A DNA stretch of 64,000 nt from Octopus sinensis (GCF_006345805.1 NC_043001.1:123194001-123258000); one strand, 5' to 3'. Positions 1 to 12,490 are shown, numbered from the stretch's first letter. Made by a program: numbers and translations. The notes: generated from the sequence alone by a model not told the origin.

Positions 1-350
1 GACTTACCTCTCTCTCGAAATTGCTGGCCTTGTGTCTTGAAACCAATGTCTATGCTCAGTATTAATTTATGAATATACAATTGTATATCCTCAAATTAAT
101 CTAAATAAAGAAAGCTAACTCATCAGATCACATTAATAATTCAATTTTATATATTTACCTCTCATACCTCCTGACTTTAAATTTTTATATACACCCCACA
201 AAAAAAAATTCCTCGGATTTTCTGGATTTTCAGTTACATAGACGCTCTAAATTACACTTCTTTGTAATTGATTACTAAGTGAACTGATTGCTCAGTCCGC
301 AAGAAGAGCTTTCTGTGATAGCCGCACGATTCTATGAAGCCATACCTTAA

Positions 351-351
<1 letters not shown>

Positions 352-394
<43 letters not shown>
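352..394. repeat. (CTA)n microsatellite
   Basis: Perfect trinucleotide run read directly. Confidence 0.95.
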
Positions 395-404
395 ATATAT
401 ATAT

Positions 405-596
405 CGCCATGATATATCGCTAACCACTACACATCCTTTATTTTCTCTCCTTGTTTCTTTCTATGTTCCTTTCTGTGGAAGAGCGTAGGCTCGAAACGTT
501 AAAGACTCTTTCACTTCCCGAGCGTTATACTAATACATCTGTTTGTTGTCTACACCACGTGTCTTCGCCTTTTGTTCTTTTTTGTGAATTCTCCCC
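405..596 (+). mobile_element. Non-autonomous ~200-bp repeat (probably Penelope-like-derived), copy 1, bracketed by (TA)n
   Basis: Aligns by eye with 19058-19247 (+) and 34748-34974 (-): CGCCATG...TTTTCTCTCC...GAAGAGCGTAGGCTCGAAACG...CACTTCCCGAGCGTTA.ACTAATACATCTGTTTGTTGTCTACAC. The PLE assignment is inferred from the hammerhead-like motif only. Confidence 0.6.
469..504 (+). ncRNA. Minimal hammerhead-ribozyme-like motif, variant core, copy 1
   Basis: CTTT-CTGTGGA-A-GAGC/GTAG/GCTC-GAAAC-GTT-AAAG: 4-bp stem I, 4-bp stem II, palindromic ACGT stem III; core differs from CUGANGA. Confidence 0.4.
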
Positions 597-601
597 ATAT
601 A

Positions 602-638
<37 letters not shown>

Positions 639-1947
639 GCATGTATATAGCATATTTGGAAGGTTAACTATGAACCAGAGGCCAATTTCTATGAAAGGTC
701 TCACAATGAGTTCACTGTGGAAATTAATATTATGCTATTATAAGTGATAAGGATTTCTGACAGATAATCATGTTTCGCAGATGTGCACAGTCAGAGCCTT
801 CGACTTTTTCCATCTAAAGTCTAATTTAACGGTGGTTTTACAGGCTATTATTTATAGCTCATCTATTTCGAGTTTTACCGTTAAAAACGAATTATTTCAC
901 GTCCCTCGAAGTTTCTAGATTCTTATCACGTTTTTCGAAGTTCTAGATACTTATGATGAAGTTTCTAGATTCTTAGATTTTATGGCGTAAAAAATGTATA
1001 CTTGAATGTATATAAATATAATATATATGTATAAATACACGAATATATTCATACTTATACATATGCCATCACACACATATATGCATATGTATTTATAGTA
1101 TCGAACATTCAACAGAAAGTAGACTATGTAAAAATAAAACTTGCTATTGTAGAATACTGAAACATAACTCGGTTGTCCATGTTCAACGCAAGCCTATAAC
1201 TAATTTGAATTTCAAATGTGTATTCGATACATTTACATTTTCCAGATACATCTCCGTTGTCTATTACAAAGAGTATTTACAGAAAAAATCCAGCAATGTT
1301 CCCAGAAGCAGAAACAATAGAAAGTACATTAACCCATTGCCGGTCGAAAGCATTTTCATGAACTTATCCTAAACGCTCATATTTGTTTTCCGACTTTTAG
1401 TTATCCCCTGTTTCAAATGCTCTGAGTAATATAAAATTTACTGTCATAAGTTCCAAATTACTCTGGTGGTTGAAAAAAATTGGAATATGTATCATATATG
1501 ATGCATGGATGTCAGAGAAACATATCTTGTGTATTACTTGTGATATGTAGGACATGCAAAGGGGTGAATTATTCATATAAGCATCCTAGAATAAAACAGA
1601 ATGCTGTCTACGAGTAAATTATATAAACAGATCGCGAAGACAGGTTTTTCCTTAGAGGCTATGTTTATGTTTTCTACTTAACCGAAAATAGAGAACAAAA
1701 CAAAGTGGTACCAAGGGATATACTTTAGATATGTTGTCATAATGGACACATTGGAAGATGTGAAATTAATGGATGAGTTTCAAAACAACTCTATATTAAA
1801 ATTCAACATCTAGAACAGTAGAAATACAACTTTCAGCTATACAACGACTCCATTTTTAGAATGTTTAGAAATGGAGCCATTGTATAGCTAGGAGTTGTAA
1901 CATTCAGACAGGAAACAATAGTTACACTACGTCCGATTATACTTATA

Positions 1948-2134
1948 TACTCTTTTACTCTTTTACTTGTTTCAGTCATTTGACTGTGGTCATGCTGGAG
2001 CACCGCCTTTTAGTCGAGGAAATCGACCCCGGGACTTATTCTATCGGTCTCTTTTGCCAAACCGCTAAGTGACGGGGACGCAAACACACCAGCATCGGTT
2101 GTCAAGCAATGCTAGGGGGACAAACACAGACACA

Positions 2135-2228
<94 letters not shown>

Positions 2229-2394
2229 TACGACAGGCTTCTTTCAGTTTCCGTCTACCAAATCCACTCACAAGGCATTGGTCGGCCCGGGGCTATAGCA
2301 GAAGACACTTGCCCAAGATGCCACGCAGTGGGACTGAACCCGGAACGATGTGGTTGGTTAGCAAGCTACTTACCGCACAGCCACTCCTGCGCCT
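1948..2394 (-). mobile_element. tRNA-derived SINE family A (CORE-like segment, internal microsatellite, (AAAAGAGT)n tail), full length
   Basis: Reverse complement gives A-box TGGCTGTGCGGTAAG, B-box GGTTCAGTCCC and CORE-like CTTGGGCAAGTGTCTT; near-identical to 5141-5570, 16824-17198 and 22350-22763. Confidence 0.9.
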
Positions 2395-2960
2395 ATTAAA
2401 GGTGAATCATCCCTGGAGACAGAGAATACATATACAGACAGGAAAATGACAATGGTAAAATCCCTACGCAGAAGACCATTTAGATGCGTATTTACAAACG
2501 AAGTACTAGATATATACGCAGTATAGAACAAAGATTAGTTAACAAAAGGTACTTTAAGAATAGGACAAGTCATAGAACACTGCAACAAATACCTTCCCCA
2601 TAATTACTAAAACAGAAAAAACATTTCGAATTCCTTAAATTAAAACAAACGCGAAATATATTCAACCAAACTGTGAACTAACAATAAATGATATACTACA
2701 AAAATTAAAATGCTTCTTATCTGTAAACCTGCGGACCAGTTACAGCTGCTTAAAGTGATTTATAAATCCTGTTGCGAATGTGAAAATTGTTAACTTCTAC
2801 GACTTTTGCTGTTATATTAACCCTACAAATACGACACTCTTTTGCCGAATAGCTATGTACTTACGATAAAGATCAATTGAGATGCTTTATTTTACACAGC
2901 ATTAAAGAAAGTGAAATACAGAAAATAAACTAATAGAAAATGCAACTCCATTCTACAGTA

Positions 2961-2966
<6 letters not shown>

Positions 2967-3029
<63 letters not shown>
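2967..3029. repeat. (TA)n microsatellite
   Basis: Perfect dinucleotide run. Confidence 0.95.
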
Positions 3030-3031
<2 letters not shown>

Positions 3032-3295
3032 TCTCTCTCCAGTTTCAGCTCAGAGCTGCGGCCATTACAGATTTACTGTGCATATTTAACGATGTGGATG
3101 TGTTCTGCGTCCACGAAATTTTAAGGAATGAAGAACTGAGACAATTTACTGCTAAATAATTAACACCCCAACTATGTTTTGAGTGATACTTTCGCCTAGT
3201 CATCCATTTGTGTGTGTGCGCACACTCACGCACACTCATATGTGTATAACGAGTATACATAAATTAAAAAAACAACAAAATCCTTATTTAAACAC

Positions 3296-3502
3296 TGGTT
3301 TCAAATTTTGGTACAAGGCCAGTGATATCGGGGGCGGGGTAAGTCGATTACATCGACCCAGTGATCAACTGGTACTTATTTTAATTGGCCTGAAAAGGTG
3401 AAAGGCTGAGTCGACCCCGGTAGCACTTGAACTCAGAACGTAAATTCCGAAGAAATACTGTTAAGCATTTTGCCCGATGCAGTAATGATTCTGCCAGTTC
3501 GC
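3296..3502 (-). mobile_element. SINE family B (short tRNA-like head, GTCGAC core), tail type i
   Basis: Reverse complement: GCGAACTGGCAGAATCATT...GTTCTGAGTTCAAG...GGTCGAC...CCTTTCA...GGCCTTGTACCAAAATTTGAAACC; homologous to more than 10 copies in the window. Confidence 0.85.
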
Positions 3503-3999
3503 TGATTTGCCTCATTTAAATATTGAAGAAGCATTACATTAAAATAAAACAACAAAAATAAACTGAATTACATAAAAAAGCACTAACAATAAATCCGTCG
3601 AAATTTAAACTTGTTAAAGATAAAATTCTATTTTGTTAAAAATATTATATCAATGAAGTGTTGTAATAAATGACTTTAAATAGATTTTTCTTATGTCCTC
3701 TCATTTATTTTGTTAAATTCAGCCATTGTGGTCGAGGAACTTAAAAAAAATGAAATTAAATTATATTTCGCAATTTGGAATCATTTAAATAACTTTCATA
3801 TATTAGAAAAAAAACCCAACAAATTTGGCATCCACATTTAATGAAGTTCCTTGAAGCAAGTAACGTTAAGATTTGATTTTCTTTTACTAGGAAAATAAAA
3901 GTATTAGATATTTGTGTGTATTTCTTCTTTAAAATATTGATTTCTAGTATAAGCACAAAGCGGGAACACAGATTTTGAGAAAGGAAAGCTGTAAACAAA

Positions 4000-4150
4000 G
4001 CGAGCGCATGTATGGCTGTATGGGTTAAGAATTTCGTTTCGAAACTACATGGTTCTTGGTAGGATTCCACTGCACTGTATCTGGCGTAGCAGTTTACTTT
4101 CATAGACTCATGATGACCAAAAGCTTGTGAGCGGAAATGATAGACGGATA
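4000..4150 (+). mobile_element. Diverged SINE family A head
   Basis: TGGCTGTATGGGTTAAG...CATGGTTCTTGG...CCACTGCAC...CAAAAGCTTGTGAGCGGAAATGATAGACGGA resembles the family A 5' half. Confidence 0.6.
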
Positions 4151-4199
4151 ACGATTGCATCCCTTGTTGAAGCGTTGCGTAATCAGTTATGGTCTTTGT

Positions 4200-4420
4200 T
4201 GATCACCGATGGTTGAGGCTTGGAATACCACTACTTCCGTAGCTTTAGGCACGCGAAAGGTGTAGTATAGGCGGGAGTAGTCGTGATTCTTCGGCCCCTG
4301 TATTGATGTGTCCCTTGTTGAAGAACCGCCAGGCCGAAGTCTTTGCCTTCATTGATTACCAAAGGTCGAGCACGATAACTGGGCATTTTCGCTTCTGGTT
4401 TCGCTTCTGGTTTTGTACTA
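4200..4420 (+). mobile_element. Possible decayed L1/Tx1-type APE endonuclease fragment
   Basis: Broken translation FRHAKGVV*AGVVVILRP...DVSLVEEPPGRSLCL resembles the GVAIL...D..GR segment of APE domains; stops and frameshifts present. Confidence 0.35.
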
Positions 4421-4965
4421 AAACGTCTGAAGACCTTGGATCCATCACTTTATCGATTCTCTCATGCATTGCCATAACCTTTCGAAAACTTAATCAGGAA
4501 AATTAAATACCTTGAAAATACATCTTCATTCATTATGTCTCTACTCTTTGGAATAAGTAGAAAGAAAATGATACATATATGAAAGAGGCTTGAAAATTTG
4601 GTTTTCAACTGTGCCATACGAGTAGAGAGAAAACATACAAGGGGAATGGGATGTATTGTCGGATCTCAAAAGCGTCTTTATTCAACACTAGTACCAGAAA
4701 CCTCCACAGCAGCCGTTAGTCATTTATAGAATTGATCAGCAATTTGACAACAGTTTTATAAAAAAAAAAGAGACACCTAGATGAATCTACCAAACAGAGA
4801 TGCCACGTTTAGGGAAAACCATAACAAGCATGTAAAAAAAACGTGATAGTTTAAAATATAGATTAATCAACTGTGAGGGTTGTGCTTCTGCATGGTTTTA
4901 GCTGCAATGGGTTGAACAAACCAAAGAAATGCTTATACATTATATCAATCAAACTGTCCTTAACA

Positions 4966-5100
4966 TTTAAATTCTGCCGAGGTCGACTTTACCTTTCATC
5001 CTTTCGGGGTCGATAAAATAAGTACCTGTTATGTACTGGGATCGATTTAATCGATTTGCCCCCTCCCGAAAACTGCTGGCTTTTTGACAATATTTGAAAC

Positions 5101-5140
<40 letters not shown>
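4966..5140 (+). mobile_element. 5'-truncated SINE family B with (ATT)n tail
   Basis: AAATTCTGCCGAGGTCGACTTTACCTTTCATCCTTTCGGGGTCGATAAA...TTTGAAACC followed by (ATT)13. Confidence 0.85.
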
Positions 5141-5141
<1 letters not shown>

Positions 5142-5312
5142 GGCACAAGAGTGGCTGTGTGGTAAGTACCTTGCTTACCAACCACATGGTTCCGGGTTCA
5201 GTCCCACTGCATGGCACCTTGGGAAAGTATCTTCTACTATAGCCTCGGGCCGACCAAAGCCTTGTGAGTGGATTTGGTAGACGGAAACTGAAAGACGCGC
5301 GCGCGCGCGCGC

Positions 5313-5344
<32 letters not shown>

Positions 5345-5570
5345 GTATGTGTGTATACGTTTGTGTGTGTGTGTGTTTGTCCCCCAGCATCGCTTGATAA
5401 CCGATGCTGGTGTGTTTACGCCCCCGTAACTTAGTGGTTCGGCAAAAGAGACCAGCAGAATAAGTACTAGGCTTATAAAGAATAAGTCCTGGGGGTCGAT
5501 TTGCTCGATTAAAAGCGTTGCTCTAGCACGGCCGCAGTCAAATGATTGAAATAAATAAAGAAAGAGTAAA
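5141..5570 (+). mobile_element. SINE family A, full length
   Basis: Same sequence as 1948-2394 in the opposite orientation; the internal microsatellite here is (CG)9(TG)n(AG)n. Confidence 0.9.
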
Positions 5571-5595
5571 GACATTACTATTATTATTAATGTTT

Positions 5596-5810
5596 AAGGC
5601 GACTTGCTGGCAGAATCGTTAGCACACCGGAAGGAATGCTTAGCGGCATTTCGCCCGTCGCTACGTTCTGAGCTCAAATTCCACCGAAGTCGACTTTGCC
5701 TTTCATCCTTTCGGGGTCGATGAAATTTCATCGTTACGCACTGGAGTCGATGTATCGACTTGCTTCCCCACCAAAATTTCAGGCTTTGTGCCTACGGAGA
5801 AAGGATTATT
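5596..5810 (+). mobile_element. SINE family B, tail type ii
   Basis: AAGGCGACTTGCTGGCAGAATCGTTAGC...GTCGACTTTGCCTTTCATCC...CCAAAATTTCAGGCTTTGTGCCTA..GAAAGG(ATT)n. Confidence 0.85.
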
Positions 5811-6579
5811 ATTATTATCATTATTATTATTGTTGTTGTTGTTATAGGGCAGAGGAAGTGAAGGAAATGGTGGAGGACGTCGAGGAGGTTGAGGAGAAGC
5901 GTTGCCCATTAGCTTGTGAAGTCAGGCGCAGTTTCCAGAGTCTGAAATTGAACGCAGTTTACTGTGAAACTGATGCCGTTGGTGTTTATGACAGCATCAA
6001 ACTCTTGGGAGATTGTCAATGTCACTTGAGAAAATGCAGCTTTGTGATATTTAAACACGGATGCGTTTTCAATGAGTATGCATGTCGGTCGATCTAATGT
6101 ACTTTAAAGAAACGTGCCGTCAGGACAAGAGCTTTTTTCAGTCGAAAATGTTACGCTATCTGATATTTATTATTGATTATAAATGTCAATGGCAATGATG
6201 TTGTGGCTATATGTACTCTGAGACGTTCTCTCTCTCTTTCTCCTTCTCACACAAACTCTGTCTGTCAGTCTGTTTGTCTCTTTCTGTGACGCCAAGGTAG
6301 ACTTGAAGTGCGAAATCTGTCTAGGAAAAATCAATCAAATCAAATTGAGAAATTTGTGAACGGAATGTTTAACCATAAGGAGAGCATGCATGGCTGCGTG
6401 GTAAAAAAGTAAGCTTTGTAATCACAACAGACATTGCGAGATACCATGGCTAGTGTATTCTACCATGGTGTCAAGTTGGTTCAAAATTTGTGAATTGCTT
6501 TGACAGAAACTACATGGAACCATTCCAAAGTGATGGTGTCTGTGTTAAACTGAAGCTATGCCTTCTGTCTGTCATCAAA

Positions 6580-6655
6580 AAGGTAAAGACCCCCTTCGGT
6601 CATGAATAACCATGGGATTGCACCTACAAAGTTGCCCTCCGTGGCACAAGTCCTT
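6580..6655 (-). mobile_element. 3' end fragment of the SINE variant seen at 38753-39087
   Basis: Reverse complement of GACCCCCTTCGGTCATGAATAACCATGGGATTGCACCTA matches the 3' end of 38753-39087. Confidence 0.75.
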
Positions 6656-7072
6656 GAGTACTTTTAAATTTAACCCATTCTGTTGCAAGACCAAGTTACT
6701 AATTTGAAGATAACTAACTCATTTTTTCCACTTCAGTTTCTGTGCATGTGACCGGGAAACGGTTATATGCGCTGTCATTCCTCACCTGAGACATTAAGAA
6801 AATCATTGAAAACCAAAGATAAGAAAACTTGCTTCGTGAGTTACCTCATGATTTAGACGAAAGTTATATAACGTCAATAAGATAAACATACGCAACAGAA
6901 ATTGCTTTTGTGTATCTGAAGTACGTATGATTTTATTCACTCCATCTCCACACACACTGAACAACCACTCTGTCTTTATATACAGACACTGAACGTCTCA
7001 CTTTTATTTATTACAATTATTAAGCTATTTTCCCAAAACGAGAAATTTACACTTATCTGAAACAAACACAAG

Positions 7073-7107
<35 letters not shown>

Positions 7108-8489
7108 CAAACATGCATATATACATGTATGCATACATACATACATCCACATATATACACATATAAGTGTAATATATATAAGAGCATATATTCTAGACAT
7201 AGTGCAAATATCTGATATAGAATTTTATACTTGGGGTAGAGTTTGTCAAATATGTTGACTATAAAAATAAAAAAAATTACAACTTCCGCGAGTTTCGCCT
7301 GATAGCCGCTCGCCTCCTAGTTGTCAGCCGTTTGGCGAAACTCCTGTAGATTTCCATGTTTTATATAAACACACGCACTCATATGCATACACTATTATAT
7401 TCACATCTTTATATACTATAAAGTATCAAAATAATGTAAATGTCCGGTCGAAGGACATTTACATTATTCAACAACAACAACAGCAACAACAGACACACAC
7501 AATGTGTGTATCATAGATACGCCTGTTTCTAAGGTTAAATATAGTCTATTATGAAACAAAAAGAACAATAGAAACGTACAAAATGAAATATTAAAACGTT
7601 TAGAGAAAAATCCAAAAGTAGGAAAAGAAAACAAACATTAGGTGAATAATTGAAATTAAGTATACATGATATTTAATTTTATAAAAAAAAAATACCATAC
7701 AGATACACACATATAGGTTTATATCTGTGCATATGTATATCTATATGTAAATGTATATCTACAACTGTAAGTATTGATGTATGCAGCCACATAATAATAA
7801 AGAATTTTGCAAGAGGGTCTCTATTTTGCAAAGTGCATTATCAATCTCCATATATTTATATTACATAGAAACTAAATATAATAAAAGAACTAAGCACAAA
7901 CATTCCAACAAAATATTAAAAACACCAAGAAAAACACTAACAAATGCAAAGCAAATACATTTATATCTGTCGGCCCTAACTGACTACATATTCTACACCA
8001 TCAATTATGTATCGTTTTGAAAACTCAATAACCACAATGCACTCTTTTTATATAGAAAACCAACGAAACATTATGCATACGTATTCATTTATTTATTTTA
8101 CTTTTCAATATATCTATAATATTTTTTCCTTGAAGACTAATATAAGTTCCATTTTCTTTCATATACATATATATTCCTCAGTAACTTTTACTTTTCTCTC
8201 TGATTAAGAGCACGTCCAAAATATACTTGGTGTGCACGAGAAACTCTATTTAGTGTTAGAAACTCGTTTTCTCACAAAGTGAAATCTTGCTTTTCTTTTT
8301 TTTTTTTTTTGTCATATCAAACAACAATGGAACAAATATCTATACATCAATTTAACAAAGAAATACGCACCGATACACAAACAGGCAGTACGAATAAACA
8401 AACACACACACGCATTCACAAATACATATATGTGTTTTTTAAGCGCGTGTATATATATATTTGTATAGCTATACAGGAGGGGTGGCCAC

Positions 8490-8690
8490 GATCATCTGAG
8501 ATAGGTTGGTGGATACGGCTGTTCTGACTGTACATATGTAATTTAATGGCTGTAGTGTAAACGGAGGTGGAACGGACCAGTTTTGGGGAGGACAACACTT
8601 GATGTCATTAGTGCAGTACCTGGTGGAATTAAGATACAGCTGGGCAATGGGGTAGAAAAGAAACGAGTGTGTTGCGTGTACCCGGTAAGT
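8490..8690 (+). mobile_element. Possible decayed Ty3/Gypsy integrase C-terminus
   Basis: Broken translation EIGWWIRLF...KRRWNGP...DVISAVPGGIKIQLGNGVEKKRV resembles the W.GP-containing integrase tail; weak, frameshifted. Confidence 0.25.
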
Positions 8691-9023
8691 TTGTGCGTGT
8701 ATGTGACTAGCTAGTTCTGACAAACAGCGGCTATTGTAGTTACAGTGGATAAGTTATAGAGAGGAGACTGTTCAACCATGAACTTGACGGCGCTATGTGA
8801 TTGTGACTGAGATTTTGTAGCTTATCTGGATTCTATTCATACCGTCTGTTATGTCTGTGTGCGTAGCAGCCGCGTTGACTAAGATGTTGGAACAGTAACT
8901 AATGGTTTCCAGGATCTTTGAGAGTGCACGATAAATAATATAGCTTTAAAACATTAGTTTTATCTTAGCTACCTGCTTAATGATTCTTTTACTTGATTTA
9001 TATCTTCTATTATTGCTATCGAT

Positions 9024-9284
9024 TGGAGGCGCGTGGCTTAGTGGTTAGGGTGTCAGCATCATGATCGTAAGATTGTGGTTTCGATTCCTGGACCGAGCGA
9101 CGCGTTGTATTCTTGAGCAAAGCACTTCATTTCACGTTACTCCAGTCCACTCAGCTGGCAAAAATGAGTAACGCTGAGATGGACTGGCGTCCCGTCCAGC
9201 TGGGAAACACATACGCCACAGAAACCGGGAAACCGGGCCCATGACCCTGGCTAGGCTTTAAAAGGGCGTATTTATTATTTTATT
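9024..9284 (+). mobile_element. SINE family C (tRNA head, CORE-like segment, Meta-like GATGGACTGGCGTCCCGTCCAG 3' segment) with 15-bp TSD
   Basis: A-box TGGCTTAGTGG, B-box GTTTCGATTCC; flanked by TATTATTGCTATCGA (9008-9022) and TATTATTGCTGTCGA (9285-9299). The Meta-domain label is from memory. Confidence 0.85.
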
Positions 9285-9517
9285 TATTATTGCTGTCGAA
9301 GTGTTTGTTGATGTACTGCAGTGCATTCAGATCCTTGAACTGCGGGCGAGTTGAATATCTATGAAGTTCCACCAAACTTAGCACGTCGTCAGTTGACTGT
9401 CTTTTAGTATATTAAATCTGAATAAGATCCAATTCTTTTTTTTTTGTTCAGTTCCAGCTGGTGAAGCGACTTCCTGAGCTTTTCTCAGAGCCAACATGTT
9501 CGTAGAAACACATCCCG

Positions 9518-9640
9518 GCATGGCTTAGTGGTTACAGTGTTGCATTCACGATTGCGAGATCGTGGTTTCGATTACCAGACCGGGCAGTGCGTTGTGTTCT
9601 TGAGCAAAGCACTTCATTTCACGTTGCTCTGCGATCATTT
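9518..9640 (+). mobile_element. SINE family C head fragment
   Basis: GGCATGGCTTAGTGGTTACAG...GTTTCGATTACCAGACCGGGC...TTCTTGAGCAAAGCACTTCATTTCACGTTGCTC. Confidence 0.75.
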
Positions 9641-9745
9641 CGTCATCTGACATGAGGTAATGTCGATTTGATGGCAGGAGCTTATGTGAACACAAACATT
9701 TGTGTAGTTAATGACGGGAGAGTCCATAATATATATATATATATA

Positions 9746-10047
9746 CTAGCAGTATCACCCGGCGTTGCTCTGGTTTGTAAGGGAAATAACTATATAAGCA
9801 TTTTAGAGAGTTACTTCCCTTATATAAATCGAGCAAAAATGGATTAAAAATGCGGAAAAATGACGGTAATTTTTTAAAAAATCGTAGACTCATTGTAGAC
9901 GCGCGCTAATACCCAGAAGGGCTCGATATGAATCACGACTATAAGATACCCGAATTTGGTTAAACTGCACCGCAAAATGTGGGAGTAGTTAGGAATCTAA
10001 ATCGAAGTAGACAGACACACACACAACTACAGTTTTATATATAATGA
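9746..10047 (-). mobile_element. Non-autonomous Helitron (302 bp) inserted in (TA)n
   Basis: On the minus strand it begins A|TC and ends CTAG|T, with an imperfect GC hairpin (CCAGAGC-AAC-GC-CGGG) about 8 nt before CTAG: canonical Helitron termini. Confidence 0.75.
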
Positions 10048-11244
10048 TATATATATATATATGCATTTTTATCGAACTTTGGTGGGACCAGTAAGACAAC
10101 ACACTGGCGTAAGACGATACACACGTGACCATATAACAGTGTTATTGTCTGATTTTCGCTTGAGATTGACGCAGCAGTATTTCTGTTTGACTTCTGTCAT
10201 TTTATTTAGAGCTTACTCTGCTGGTTTCCTGCTTTTCCGCGCTTACCTTTCAAGCACAGGGCTAATTTCATTCTTAGGCAAAGGGATTGCTACATGTACC
10301 ATTAGAACATGGCAATACACCGGTGTTCCAAGATCATCAACACTTCAAAAACAGTCACTGGTCTTGAAAAGAGATAGATAGAGAGGGAATGTGTGTGTGT
10401 GTGAGTGTGTGTGTGTGTGTGTGTATGAGAGAGAGAAAAGACTTTATACACAAACACTACCGGTTTCAGCGTCTGAGCATTCTGTTAACCGATCAACTGA
10501 GCTCTATACTCATTGAATTAATGCTTAAATTCCACAAACACTGTAACCCTTAACGTATTTCTTAGGTTAAATCAGTGTAAGGCAAATTGACAAGTCTGGC
10601 TTTTAAAAATTACGATCATAGTCCATCCAACACTCCCGTACACAGTGGTTCCCATCAATCCAGTTTTAGTCAAATTATTGCTATCGAGTGGAGGCGCTTA
10701 GTGGTTAGGGTGTCAGCATCATGATCGTAAGATTGGGGTTTCGATTCCTGGACCGGGCGACGCGTTGTATTCTGTAGTTTAAAAGCATTTTCTAAAACAC
10801 CACGTAGTAAGATTGAACCTGTATATTTAATCTCGTGACTGTGAAGTGAAATTCTTAACCATTAAGCCATACACATATATAAATATAGTATTGAACCCAT
10901 TATAAATATACCAACTTAACAATAAATAAATAAATGAATAAATAAAATTACAACATCAACCCAAATATAATTGTAAGACGTAAATATTAATGAAATGTAA
11001 AGAGAATGAATTGATACTAAAATATCAAATTTGGTTTCTCTATATCAAATTAAACAATAAAAAATCATTACAATTATTGGGATTACTGCATTTTCATTCA
11101 AATAATTTATTGATTTTCATCCGAAAAGCGTTTAAATATTGGTTTTTATGGTTATTAATAGAATTACACTAAACAATTGACTGATGCTGTGATATCTAAT
11201 TCGTTAAATATCAAAGTCACGCACATTGGGTTTAAGTACTAGTG

Positions 11245-11336
11245 ATTGTATACACACATACATACATGCATACATATAAACACACACATACATACATACG
11301 TACGTACACACACATATATATATACACACATTATAT

Positions 11337-11382
<46 letters not shown>

Positions 11383-11482
11383 TACCTGTCTATATCTACA
11401 TATATAAATATATTTTATGTGCATGAATATATATACATATACACATGTATATATATATATATAATATATATTATGTGTATGA

Positions 11483-11513
<31 letters not shown>

Positions 11514-11635
11514 AACATATATATATATACATGCATATATATATACGCATGCATATAATATACATATACATACATATATCCACATATATATATATCTAAA
11601 TGTATAATAATACCTGTCTATATCTACACATACAC

Positions 11636-11671
<36 letters not shown>

Positions 11672-11830
11672 CGCATGCATGTAATACACACACACACACA
11701 CACCACACACACACATATATATATATATATTCATATATATATATATACATCTAAATGTATAATATTACGTATTTGTATGTATATATATGTATATATTTGT
11801 ATATATGTACATGCGCATATACATATATCA
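11245..11830. repeat. Compound (TA)/(CA)/(TACA) microsatellite field
   Basis: Read directly; explains the overlapping YIYI/HTHT ORFs. Confidence 0.95.
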
Positions 11831-12333
11831 CGCAAACACATAGAGACAAGCGCATTCTCACACTCACTCTCTCACACCTTTAGAGTCACATACATACACT
11901 GATTCACGTAGAAAGAATGAGGTAATTTGTGGTAAATATTCCATATTTCCTTTGTGAGATATATTTCTGATCTATTCTCGTTTGTTTAATTCATACGGTC
12001 ATAAACTGAGAGCACCAACAAGCTGTTGAGTCATTTTACAATGTTAGTGATTAATTATATTACTCAGATTAACTAAAATTCTACTGCTTTGGTTCATACG
12101 TGTCTATCTATTATAATGCTCACTGTAAGTATTTAAGCTTCCCATTTTATTACATTTTAGAGATCACTTTGTTGGTATTTTAAATACCTTTCTAAATTAT
12201 TCTTTTCCCTGTAATATTTAAAAACGACTGCTTCATTCATTTGTCCTTACCTAGTTGATTTAGATATAAACCACTGACGATGTCAAACAATTGGCATGTA
12301 TTGCATGACTCAACAAGTAACTGTTTTGAGTTC

Positions 12334-12375
12334 AACAGCGTCTGAAGAGGCGAATAGGCACCGAAACAACTGCTA
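12334..12375 (+). ncRNA. Hammerhead-ribozyme-like core (degenerate), copy 1
   Basis: CTGAAGA (12342-48), GGCGAATAGGCACC stem II, GAAAC (12363-67). Stems I and III could not be closed cleanly. Confidence 0.45.
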
Positions 12376-12452
12376 CATAACATCTAAATGTGCCGCAAGG
12401 TAACAGCAACATCTATATAACGTGTTACTGAACAAGTAGCTATTTGTAGTTT

Positions 12453-12490
12453 AACAGCATCTGATAACGTGATTAGTCGCCGAAACATCA
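12453..12490 (+). ncRNA. Hammerhead-ribozyme-like core (degenerate), copy 2
   Basis: CTGATAA-CGTGATTAGTCGCC-GAAAC, 119 nt after copy 1, with a homologous upstream flank. Confidence 0.3.

Noticed and set aside
908-980. Three GAAGTT(T)CTAGAT.CTTA repeats with short spacers (CRISPR-like spacing)
   Set aside because: Only three degenerate copies with 3-11-nt spacers, in eukaryotic context with no cas genes; a small minisatellite.
5840-6097. ORF tail AEEVKEMVEDVEEVEEKRCPLACEV...
   Set aside because: The ORF starts inside a SINE and an (ATT/GTT)n tract; no splice sites or recognisable domain on either strand.
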